A stretch of DNA of 48,427 nucleotides. Origin: a virus (lineage: Duplodnaviria; Caudoviricetes). Below, one piece after another: positions 17,210-25,342 of the stretch. Every line of letters starts with the position of its first letter. The first letter of the stretch is position 1. Under the pieces are notes generated by a model. That model was not told the origin of the DNA, searched no databases, and worked only from the letters and a program-made list of their open reading frames with translations. Where the stretch lies: positions 1 to 48,427 of IMG/VR virus record IMGVR_UViG_3300033067_002291. One strand, given 5' to 3'. Made by a program: the position numbers and the translations under genes.

Positions 17210-18654
17210 TTACAACTTTCCAAAAAGGAAATAAAACCTTTGCCCTTAACTTCCTCACCCATCAACTCTGTGACATTACCACTCAAATGGAAGGAGCTAA
17301 ACAGTTAAAGGCCGGCCACAGAATTGGTTTAAGCGATGGAATTGGAACAGGTAAAAGCCTAACTGCCTTACTAGCAACTCAGGACGTTAACCCAACTCAA
17401 ACCATTTTAATAACTGCTCCCGGCTTAGCCACAACTGTTAGTTGGCCTAAACAACTTTCTACTTGGCTCCCACAGGCAACCTTTACTTTAATTAAAAGTG
17501 AGAAAGAACTTGCCGCCCTAAGCCAACCAACTACCAGATTTGTAATCATTAGCCTACAAACCTTCTACAACAACACTGATTTGGTTAGCAAGTGGAAGAA
17601 CGTTGGAGCAATTATAATTGATGAAGCCCACAAAATTCCTTTAAGAAAAAGCCGGGGATTTGCTTTAATTAAAGGCTTTCTTGCTAGTGGAAAGTGGGCG
17701 GCAACTCAACTAATTCTAGTTACCTCCTCCACAATGAAGAACAAGCCAAAAGAAGTCTGGCGACTTTATCATTTAATGTTCCCACACATTTTCAGAAGTT
17801 ATTATGATTGGGAACAGAAACACTTCGCTCCCGAACTGTTAAATGTTGGCTGGAACCGCCCAGCTAAGAAAGTTAGCGGCAACCAACTAATTAACTTAGG
17901 CCGCTTTCAGGAACAATACTTCCGGTTTTTTGTTCAACGTCCTGCTGAGGAGTTCCCTACCCGAATTGAAGAAGTCCAACTAGAATTGAATTCTGAACAA
18001 AAAACTTTTTACAAACAGTTCACCGAAGACAAATGGCTAGAACAAATCCAAAGCATTGAAAACAATTCCCCCGCGTCGGGTTTTCTCTACAATCAAAGCC
18101 ACCTTTCTGAGCTAGGCAGGTTAAACTTAATCAGCCTCTGTCCACAAGTTCTCCAATTACCATGCAAACAGAAACCAATCAAACTACAATGGCTCGAAGA
18201 GTTCCTGGAAGATTCAATCGAAGAAACTGTTTTAATAGGTTCAAGCAGTGCGACTACCTTACGAGAATTAGAGCGACAAGGAATTATAGAGAAGGCAATT
18301 ACTGGAGACATAACGAAAGCAGAAGCCCTTAAAATTGCTGACGACTTTGACCAAGGCCGAATTAAAAGTTTAGGAATGAGTTTCCGTTTGGCTGAGAGTA
18401 TTACCCTAACTAACAACCGTTTAATGGTGGCCCTTGACTTCTTTTGCACTCCAGAAGAATACAGGCAATGGATCGGGAGAAGTGCAAGAAAAGGGCAAAA
18501 TAAAACGGTAGTAATTTACAACCTTTTGGCTAGTGAAACTGACAAACGCCTTTACAACAACTTAGGAAAGAAAGACGACATTATTAGTGAAGTTCGCCAA
18601 AGAACCGACCTCGACCTAACAGAACAAGTTACAAAGAAAAAACAAAAGCTATGA
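17203..18654 (+). CDS. SNF2-like SF2 helicase/ATPase
   Basis: DGIGTGKS, IIIDEAH, QWIGRSARKGQNKTVVIYNL. Confidence 0.85.
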   Translation: MLVTTFQKGNKTFALNFLTHQLCDITTQMEGAKQLKAGHRIGLSDGIGTGKSLTALLATQDVNPTQTILITAPGLATTVSWPKQLSTWLPQATFTLIKSEKELAALSQPTTRFVIISLQTFYNNTDLVSKWKNVGAIIIDEAHKIPLRKSRGFALIKGFLASGKWAATQLILVTSSTMKNKPKEVWRLYHLMFPHIFRSYYDWEQKHFAPELLNVGWNRPAKKVSGNQLINLGRFQEQYFRFFVQRPAEEFPTRIEEVQLELNSEQKTFYKQFTEDKWLEQIQSIENNSPASGFLYNQSHLSELGRLNLISLCPQVLQLPCKQKPIKLQWLEEFLEDSIEETVLIGSSSATTLRELERQGIIEKAITGDITKAEALKIADDFDQGRIKSLGMSFRLAESITLTNNRLMVALDFFCTPEEYRQWIGRSARKGQNKTVVIYNLLASETDKRLYNNLGKKDDIISEVRQRTDLDLTEQVTKKKQKL

Positions 18655-19157
18655 ACCCATTTGAATTTAATTCACAAACTGTCATTTCAGTTTCAGCCGA
18701 TAAACTGGAATTAACTCCAGAACTTCGAAGAATTTCCGGGCTTTCTCCAGAAGAACAATTTGAAATCCATGAGCAGGCAGAACGTTTTCGTTACTTTGCC
18801 CTACAAAACCAATTCCGAGAGATGTTCCACGTTAGCTTAGATGCTTATTGGAACCTTGATCGTAACCCACTTCATTTCTCCCTAGACATTTTTGTTGAAG
18901 AAGTAATTATTCCTCAATTAGAAGGAAATCCACTACTTCCCAAACAATTTAGTTCAGCAATGGCAACAGAGTTAACTTTTGGTAAAGAGGCAACTTGGAT
19001 TATTGACAAATTAGTTGGTTGTCGAAGGCTTACCCCAGAAGAAATTTTAGTTGGAATTGCAAATTGTCCAGAAGAAGGCCCTTACGAAGCCTATGAAAAT
19101 GTTTTGTTAATTCGCCAAGCAATCGGCTTACAACTTTTGGAGCCAACTCAAAAATGA
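18651..19157 (+). CDS. Hypothetical protein
   Basis: 168-aa ORF with ATGA overlap. Confidence 0.7.
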   Translation: MNPFEFNSQTVISVSADKLELTPELRRISGLSPEEQFEIHEQAERFRYFALQNQFREMFHVSLDAYWNLDRNPLHFSLDIFVEEVIIPQLEGNPLLPKQFSSAMATELTFGKEATWIIDKLVGCRRLTPEEILVGIANCPEEGPYEAYENVLLIRQAIGLQLLEPTQK

Positions 19158-19195
19158 CCAACGAACTTAACAACTTGTCCCCTCTTTCCTAACTA

Positions 19196-21019
19196 ATGGT
19201 TCTTCCATATCTTAACCTAATAAAAGAGTTCCTGGTTTCCTTTAACGAGGAAACTGGGGAAGGGGAATTGCCTAAAAAGCTAACAGTTAACCTTGCCACC
19301 GGAAAACTAAGCAACAATTCCACCGCAATTAGTTATTGCATTTCTCAGGGAATGAGCTTACTTGAGGTAAGGTTTAGGTTAGGCCGTGGGGAAAGCCCTA
19401 AAGAACTTTTACGGGATTATTCACTGGCTAAACCTTTTGGAGAATTCTGTGAGGAATGGTGTTTGTTACGGGGAATTCCTTTCTCAGTTGGAAAAGCCGC
19501 TAAGCTGAGAGAAGCCCTAATTGACGGACTTCCAACAATTCTCCTACCCTATTTCGACATTCATGGCAATTTAATAGACGTTGTTTACCGCAACCCAACT
19601 ACCGGAAAGAAACTAAGAAACGCAAGTAATGTTGCCAGCCTTTTTAACCCCTATGAGAAACGGGGGAGTTTTTCAACAGTTGTAATAATTAAAGGAGAGA
19701 GCGACGTTCTCAGGTTAAAGACGGCCCTTGAGGAAAACAACGTAACTGACGTAGGGGTTTATGGAATTCCGGACAACTCTATTCAAAGGGAGTTTATTAG
19801 AGAACTTCAAGCCTTTACTAGAGTTGTAGTTGTTCCGGCAACTGATAATCATGGAGCCCTTTTAGTAGCTAACGTTACTAAGTTAGCTCCTGAGTGGGAA
19901 ATAGTTGAACTTCCTTGGCAACCTGGTCAAAGAGGTAAAGACTTCTCCGATTGGATAACTTTCCCAGAAAACGATTTCTCTGCTTTTCTTCAACAACTAC
20001 GCCCTTCCCACCCCCCAAGAGAAATTCTCGACGACAACCAATTTGCAAGTGAAACAACTAACCCATTGGAGGCGAAAACCTGGATTGTTTCTAACCTTAT
20101 TGCTAAAGGCGACATTGCTATTTTAGGTGGAGCCCAAAAGGCTAGGAAAACTTGGCTAACAATGAACCTAATTAAGGCAATTGTTAACGGCGAGCCTTTG
20201 TGGGGAATTCCTAACCTAATTGGGAACCCTGCTACCCGAATTCTTTTCATTGAAGAAGAAGGAAACATTCACGACTTCAAAGAGAGACGGCGAGTTGTTC
20301 TTGGCAACGTTAACGCTGAGAATGTTTTCTGGCTCCATGACTCAGGGCTTAAATTTGATAACGATGCAGACATTGAATGGCTTCTAAGAAAAGTTAAGGA
20401 ACTAAGAATTGACTTAATTATTGGCGACCCAATGCAAAACTTAAGAAACGTTGTTAATGAAAATGCTTCAGGAGACGTTCACCACTTTTGGGAAAACGTT
20501 AAAAGACTTAAACGTGAAACTGGAATTGCCTTATTCTTTCTTCACCACTTTAACCAAGGTGGAGAAGCTGAGAAAGGTTGGGCGGCTCTTAGAGGAACAA
20601 CCCGTGATGCTGGACAAGCTGATGTTGGCCTATTCACCCAAAAAATTGAAAAACCTTACCACTTTAACAAACTCTGCATTGATGGAAGAGAAGTCCATTT
20701 AGAATATCCAAATGGGCGTTTCTTCCAATTAAAGTTTAATGCAAGTGTTAGAGACAATAAGTTAATTAGAGCGGAGTTCAAATGCGTTATGGAGGGAACT
20801 ACTAAAGCTACGCCAGAAACCCTTCTAAATGAATTCATTAACTCAGGCAGAGAGACTTGGCTACTTGAAGAAGCCGCCACCCACTTTGACAAAGACCCTA
20901 AAACAATTAAGAACTGGATTGAAAAGTTGCCACAATTAACAACCACCCCACCTGCCCCAGGTTGCCAAGTTAGAATTATTAAAGCAGGAGAGAAGCCACA
21001 ATTAAAGATAAGCGAATGA
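19196..21019 (+). CDS. Primase-helicase (degenerate TOPRIM + RepA/AAA_25 helicase + C-terminal HTH)
   Basis: KGESD and GKDFSDW (TOPRIM-like), WIVSNLI, GAQKARKT (Walker A), LIIGDP (Walker B), LHHFNQ, LRGT. Confidence 0.8.
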   Translation: MVLPYLNLIKEFLVSFNEETGEGELPKKLTVNLATGKLSNNSTAISYCISQGMSLLEVRFRLGRGESPKELLRDYSLAKPFGEFCEEWCLLRGIPFSVGKAAKLREALIDGLPTILLPYFDIHGNLIDVVYRNPTTGKKLRNASNVASLFNPYEKRGSFSTVVIIKGESDVLRLKTALEENNVTDVGVYGIPDNSIQREFIRELQAFTRVVVVPATDNHGALLVANVTKLAPEWEIVELPWQPGQRGKDFSDWITFPENDFSAFLQQLRPSHPPREILDDNQFASETTNPLEAKTWIVSNLIAKGDIAILGGAQKARKTWLTMNLIKAIVNGEPLWGIPNLIGNPATRILFIEEEGNIHDFKERRRVVLGNVNAENVFWLHDSGLKFDNDADIEWLLRKVKELRIDLIIGDPMQNLRNVVNENASGDVHHFWENVKRLKRETGIALFFLHHFNQGGEAEKGWAALRGTTRDAGQADVGLFTQKIEKPYHFNKLCIDGREVHLEYPNGRFFQLKFNASVRDNKLIRAEFKCVMEGTTKATPETLLNEFINSGRETWLLEEAATHFDKDPKTIKNWIEKLPQLTTTPPAPGCQVRIIKAGEKPQLKISE

Positions 21020-21651
21020 AAGAACTAGAAAACAAAACCCCAAGCGTTCGTGCTAAAAAGGTAATTAACCGGCCAATGGCCCCAAACGTTGAAAAATTTG
21101 AAACTTTCCTTCATAGCCAAATGAGCAACTTAGTTAGTTGGGGAAGTTTCAAAGGGCTACCAAAAGAACAAGCAGAGGACGTTGCTCAAAACGCAGTTAT
21201 TCGCTTCCTGCGCCATTACGATCCAGAGAAAACCAAACCAAAAACTTTTCTCTACTTCTGCATGAACTTGGAGATTTACGAACACAAAAGAAAACTTCGA
21301 AGCAAAGAAAGCGGTGGGCGGCCTACTAGCGTTCCAACAACTCACCTTGACCCAGAAACTTTAACTAAGTTAAGTGATGCCAGAGGGAACGTAAACCTTC
21401 CAACTGTTTTTGATAACTTCTCAACTGAAAACACTAAAAGCCTTTTAACTAAATTAGGCCAAGTTCTAACTCAAAGAGAACTTCTAGTCTTCTGCTTAAA
21501 GGCTCTGGGATATAGCGAAAGTTCAATTATTAAATTGATTCCTGGAAATTTGAGTAGAACAGTTATTTACAAAATTTGGAGAGAGGCAAAATTCAAAGTT
21601 GCTAACAGTTTGCCCCTCTTTGAAGAAGAGCTTTTGAACTTTGTTGCTTAA
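21016..21651 (+). CDS. Sigma-70/ECF-like protein 2
   Basis: AEDVAQNAVIRFLRHYDPEKTKPKTFLY (region 2) and LTQRELLVFCLKALGYS (region 4). Confidence 0.78.
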   Translation: MKELENKTPSVRAKKVINRPMAPNVEKFETFLHSQMSNLVSWGSFKGLPKEQAEDVAQNAVIRFLRHYDPEKTKPKTFLYFCMNLEIYEHKRKLRSKESGGRPTSVPTTHLDPETLTKLSDARGNVNLPTVFDNFSTENTKSLLTKLGQVLTQRELLVFCLKALGYSESSIIKLIPGNLSRTVIYKIWREAKFKVANSLPLFEEELLNFVA

Positions 21652-21676
21652 TCCACAATTAAAAAGTTGTTCAACT

Positions 21677-21706
21677 TAAGCAAACAACAAATAAATGGGG
21701 TATAAT
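21677..21706 (+). promoter_or_regulatory. Class 1 promoter
   Basis: TAAGCAAAC-aacaaataaatg-GGGTATAAT(TACCC). Confidence 0.8.
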
Positions 21707-21738
21707 TACCCTATGCGAAATCAAGGAACGCCTTAAAA

Positions 21739-22224
21739 ATGAGCCCAGATAAACCAATTAGTTTTCCTTATCGAATCTTAGCAATTGACCCAGGCGAAAG
21801 AACTGGAGTTTCTGCAATAACAGTTGAAAGCCCAGAGCGAGTAATTGTTTCTCAAGCCTTAGTAGTTGTTCACCCGGAGTTTCCAAAGTGGCTACTTCCA
21901 AGAAACGCAAGCGTTTACCAAAAAGTTGTTGTTGAAGATTGGATTAACTATTCAGGACTTGATTCAAACATAGTTAACCAAGTAATCGGAAACGTTCAAT
22001 TGTGGACACTTCAAGGCAATTCAGAAATGGTTCTTAGAACTCCACAAAGCCGGGAACTTGCTAGAGGAGTTTTCAAATTCAAGAAACCTAGCCATGACCC
22101 AGACCACCTTAGCGCAACCCTTCACGGATTAAGCTACCTTCTAACAAACAACCTAATTAACCCACGAACAAAACTTGAATTCTCAGGACAAGCCGATCTA
22201 ACCAACTACCTAAAACCCAACTAA
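21739..22224 (+). CDS. RuvC-like (RNase H fold) Holliday junction resolvase
   Basis: ILAIDPGERTGVS, VVVED, C-terminal DHLSA. Confidence 0.7.
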   Translation: MSPDKPISFPYRILAIDPGERTGVSAITVESPERVIVSQALVVVHPEFPKWLLPRNASVYQKVVVEDWINYSGLDSNIVNQVIGNVQLWTLQGNSEMVLRTPQSRELARGVFKFKKPSHDPDHLSATLHGLSYLLTNNLINPRTKLEFSGQADLTNYLKPN

Positions 22225-22233
22225 ACCCCTGCC

Positions 22234-23199
22234 ATGCTAACAATCCACAAACTTCATCTTGGCGACATTGGAACTTTCCAACGTTGCAAACGAAAATTCT
22301 TCTGGGAGAAAATTGCCAGAATTAAGCCAATTAACTCCGAGAAACCTAAGTATCTTAACGACGGTACTTACGGCCACTTGCGACTAGAAGAATTCCACAC
22401 AGGCAACAGCACTTTAGAACAACGCCAAAAGTTCATTGAAGCCACCGCCCCACTTGACGGCTATTCTTCTATTAACAAGTTGTGTGACCTCTACGAGGAA
22501 CGCCACCAAAGTGACCTTAAACAGTTTCAAGTTCTAAGTTGTGAAGATTCAATTAGGTTGCCAATTTCCAATCAACTAGTTGCTTTCACAGTTGACCTTA
22601 AAGTTGTGAACACTGATTCTCACAAGTTGGAAATCATTGACCATAAGTTCTACAAAGCTGGAACTAAAATTGATGATGGCTACTTGTTCTGCATGAATCA
22701 ACCTTGGAGCTACCCAAAACTTCTTAGCATTGCTGGACAAGAAATTGCCCGTTTCCATTTGAACGTAATTTTCAAACGAACTCTAAAGTTCCCTGAACCG
22801 CTTAAAAGTGGAAAGCTCTCAACAGCAAAAACAAGCCTTGCAAACGTAACCGAAAAAGATTACCGTTCAGCCCTACAAGCAACTGGACAAGAAATAACCC
22901 CTGAAATTGCAGAAGTTCTTAACCAACTTCACGAAACTGACAGCCAAAGTTTTCTAAGGTTTACAGTTGGTAGGGACAAAGGCCGAGAAGAATGGGCTTA
23001 CAAAGAACTAACAGACAATATTGAAGAAATTGAAGCTAGAGGAACTGAAATTGAAAACTTTCCGTTAAACTTTGGCTATGGTTGTGAGAAGTGCGCTTTC
23101 TTTCTTTTGTGTAGTTCCCATATTAGGGGAGAGAGTGACCAACGATTAAAACAAATTAAAGGATTTGAATTTGAAGAAAAAGACAATGATGAAAGATAA
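22234..23199 (+). CDS. PD-(D/E)xK exonuclease (Cas4/RecB-like, four Cys)
   Basis: CKRKFFW, GTYGHLRLE, VDL...IIDHK, CEKCAFFLLC. Confidence 0.85.
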   Translation: MLTIHKLHLGDIGTFQRCKRKFFWEKIARIKPINSEKPKYLNDGTYGHLRLEEFHTGNSTLEQRQKFIEATAPLDGYSSINKLCDLYEERHQSDLKQFQVLSCEDSIRLPISNQLVAFTVDLKVVNTDSHKLEIIDHKFYKAGTKIDDGYLFCMNQPWSYPKLLSIAGQEIARFHLNVIFKRTLKFPEPLKSGKLSTAKTSLANVTEKDYRSALQATGQEITPEIAEVLNQLHETDSQSFLRFTVGRDKGREEWAYKELTDNIEEIEARGTEIENFPLNFGYGCEKCAFFLLCSSHIRGESDQRLKQIKGFEFEEKDNDER

Positions 23200-23220
23200 A
23201 TTAATTAGGTGGTTTGCGTA

Positions 23221-23997
23221 ATGGCAGTTAAAATGATTATTTACGGGGAACCTGGTAGTGGGAAAACTACTTGGCTAGGTAATTCAAAGAACGGAATTCT
23301 AACAGTTCCCAACGCCTGTCCGGTTCTTTACCTTGACTTTGATGACAAGATTAAGCCAATTAGAAGCACCGTTAACGACATTCCTATTAGTGAAATTGGT
23401 TCATGGGAAAGCTTTCAGCCAGACAAAATTAACCGGCTAAGTTTCCAAGTAACTGACCGAACTCTCGACGCGGTTTACAAACAGCTTAACCGTTTGTGTG
23501 GAGAGGCTGGGGCAATAACAGAGGACAACTTCCCAGCAAAAACAATTGTTGTTGATAGCTCAACCCATCTAAGCGAGTTGCTAAGCCGCTACACGCTAAA
23601 ATACCACAAAGTGAATCGAGTTAGCCCAGAAGTTTTGAGCCAACAAGACTACGGAATGGTTGCTAACTTGCAGAGCAGAATTCTCTCTAACTTAATTAGT
23701 TCAGGCCACAATGTAATTTTACTTTGTCATGTTCGCCAAGACCATTACAAAGACGGTTCCTTAAAGAGTGAAGAGCCTTTGTTCATTGGTAAGATGACAA
23801 GGCAAGTAATTCCAGGGAAAGTTGATTATGGAGGCTACCTCTACATTAACAAAAGTGGCAATCGACAAATTGATTGGACAGAAAAGAGCAACGCAGTTGT
23901 TCAACGATGGGTTAATCAAAGCATTGAAATTGGGGTTGACAAAGACCTTCCCACCGATGCAGACTTTAGCAAACTAGCCTACCTTTTCGACAACTAA
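23221..23997 (+). CDS. AAA_24 / Sak4-like ATPase
   Basis: IYGEPGSGKTT, TIVVDS, QQDYG, VILLCH; located between the exonuclease and the SSB-like gene. Confidence 0.82.
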   Translation: MAVKMIIYGEPGSGKTTWLGNSKNGILTVPNACPVLYLDFDDKIKPIRSTVNDIPISEIGSWESFQPDKINRLSFQVTDRTLDAVYKQLNRLCGEAGAITEDNFPAKTIVVDSSTHLSELLSRYTLKYHKVNRVSPEVLSQQDYGMVANLQSRILSNLISSGHNVILLCHVRQDHYKDGSLKSEEPLFIGKMTRQVIPGKVDYGGYLYINKSGNRQIDWTEKSNAVVQRWVNQSIEIGVDKDLPTDADFSKLAYLFDN

Positions 23998-24001
23998 CAA
24001 C

Positions 24002-24223
24002 ATGGAAACCGTTCAAACAATCCTTAACGTTCTTTTTGTAGTTCATGTAATTCTATCAACTGCCTCTCTTCAACGGCTCAACAGAATTACAACTACAACA
24101 ATCAAAACAGTTACCCGTCTATCCATTCAGCAAATGAACAAAGGGGCAGTAGATAAACTGATTCAAACCCTTCTGTCAGAAGAACCACCTACCCACCCCA
24201 CTCAGGATGAAACTTCCCACTAA
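24002..24223 (+). CDS. Small protein with a hydrophobic N-terminus; its stop codon lies inside the ribozyme
   Basis: 73-aa ORF; TAA 24221-24223 falls in hammerhead loop III. Confidence 0.55.
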   Translation: METVQTILNVLFVVHVILSTASLQRLNRITTTTIKTVTRLSIQQMNKGAVDKLIQTLLSEEPPTHPTQDETSH

Positions 24224-24259
24224 GGGAAGTCCACTAATTAAGTTAGTGCTGATGAGTCC
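24205..24259 (+). ncRNA. Type II hammerhead ribozyme
   Basis: GGAU-GAAA-CUUCCC-ACUAA-GGGAAG-UC/-CACUAAU-UAA-GUUAGUG-CUGAUGA-GUCC has all core nucleotides and three stems; predicted cleavage after C24231. Confidence 0.88.
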
Positions 24260-24323
24260 AATTGAATTAGCCAACAAGTTTGGCCTTTTCAGTTACTTTA
24301 TTTGCTTATAGGAAAAAACGATT

Positions 24324-24791
24324 ATGTCAAAAGACCAAAACCAAAACGTCCCGTTCAGTCTCTCTTTCAATGATGTTGTTGAGCAGGAAGCTAATAACAA
24401 CCCAAGTGAATCTACTGTCTACACAAGTGGAGTTAAAATTACCTCAGCAGTTGCTCAACGTTCTAAGCCTAAGGATGGCGCGGCTCAAGGAACTGCAATG
24501 ATTAAACTTACACTTGCCCATGAAGATTGGGGTTCACAAGTTAAGTATGTTTGGGCAATGTGTGAAGGTGGTGGAGCAGATATGGCTACCGGAATTAAGC
24601 GACTTGTTAAGGCCACGAAGGCCAATGTTGTCGTTAAGGATTTCGATAGTGGTGAGGAGGTTGTTACTTCTTTGATTGGTAAGACAATCCAAATTAAGGA
24701 AGAACTCCGAGACAACAAAGACCCTAACGGGAACACTGAGTTCGACGAGAAAGTTATGCGAATCACTGCAATTGGTGCAGATTCTGACTAA
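24324..24791 (+). CDS. Putative single-stranded DNA-binding protein (DUF669-like)
   Basis: GTAMIKLTL, LIGKTIQIK, acidic tail; standard position after exonuclease and Sak4-like genes. Confidence 0.6.
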   Translation: MSKDQNQNVPFSLSFNDVVEQEANNNPSESTVYTSGVKITSAVAQRSKPKDGAAQGTAMIKLTLAHEDWGSQVKYVWAMCEGGGADMATGIKRLVKATKANVVVKDFDSGEEVVTSLIGKTIQIKEELRDNKDPNGNTEFDEKVMRITAIGADSD

Positions 24792-24819
24792 CTAACAGTT
24801 AACCCTTAACCAAACAACC

Positions 24820-24841
24820 GGAGCCCTTTAATTAGGGCTCC
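24820..24841 (+). other. GC-rich stem-loop without a U-tract, 3' of the SSB-like gene
   Basis: GGAGCCCT-ttaatt-AGGGCTCC followed by A/C-rich sequence. Confidence 0.7.
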
Positions 24842-24864
24842 AACAAAAGCCCAAAAAGTAATTC

Positions 24865-25155
24865 ATGTCAAAACAAGCCCCCACTCCAATTTCTCCTGAT
24901 GCCGTTCCAATTTACATTTACGCCAACGACCTAACTCCCTTAAAGGTTAGCAACCACAGCCAAAGCTATTATAGCGTAGTTTTGCGTAGCCGTCCAGAAT
25001 TAAAAGTTGGGCTAACCGCTCAGTTTAAGTGTGGAGCTAAATTTGAAATTGTAGAGATTCACACTGATAACAAACAATGGAGCGAAGGTTTCCACAACTA
25101 CATTTTCTCCCCAATTCCAGAAGAAGAATTAACCAATGAAAAACAAAACAATTAA
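24865..25155 (+). CDS. Hypothetical protein
   Basis: 96-aa ORF. Confidence 0.6.
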   Translation: MSKQAPTPISPDAVPIYIYANDLTPLKVSNHSQSYYSVVLRSRPELKVGLTAQFKCGAKFEIVEIHTDNKQWSEGFHNYIFSPIPEEELTNEKQNN

Positions 25156-25342
25156 GATTAAATTTCAAGTTCCTGAAAAAGGCGACACTCTTTCTTTTAC
25201 AGTTTACCCAATTGAAGGCTACAGAGAAATTTGGTATGATGTTAGTGGAAATATTCAAACTCTTAATTCTTATGCGTTTGGTATAAAAGAACTACTTAAC
25301 ATCCCTACCTCAGTTGAAATTGAAGAGCCAACAGTAAAATGA
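25136..25342 (+). CDS. Hypothetical protein
   Basis: 68-aa ORF with ATGA coupling to the polymerase gene. Confidence 0.55.
   Translation: MKNKTIKIKFQVPEKGDTLSFTVYPIEGYREIWYDVSGNIQTLNSYAFGIKELLNIPTSVEIEEPTVK

Noticed and set aside
22234-23199. Cas4 as part of a CRISPR-Cas system
   Set aside because: No array or other cas genes; the context (Sak4-like ATPase, SSB-like gene) is a standard phage recombination module.
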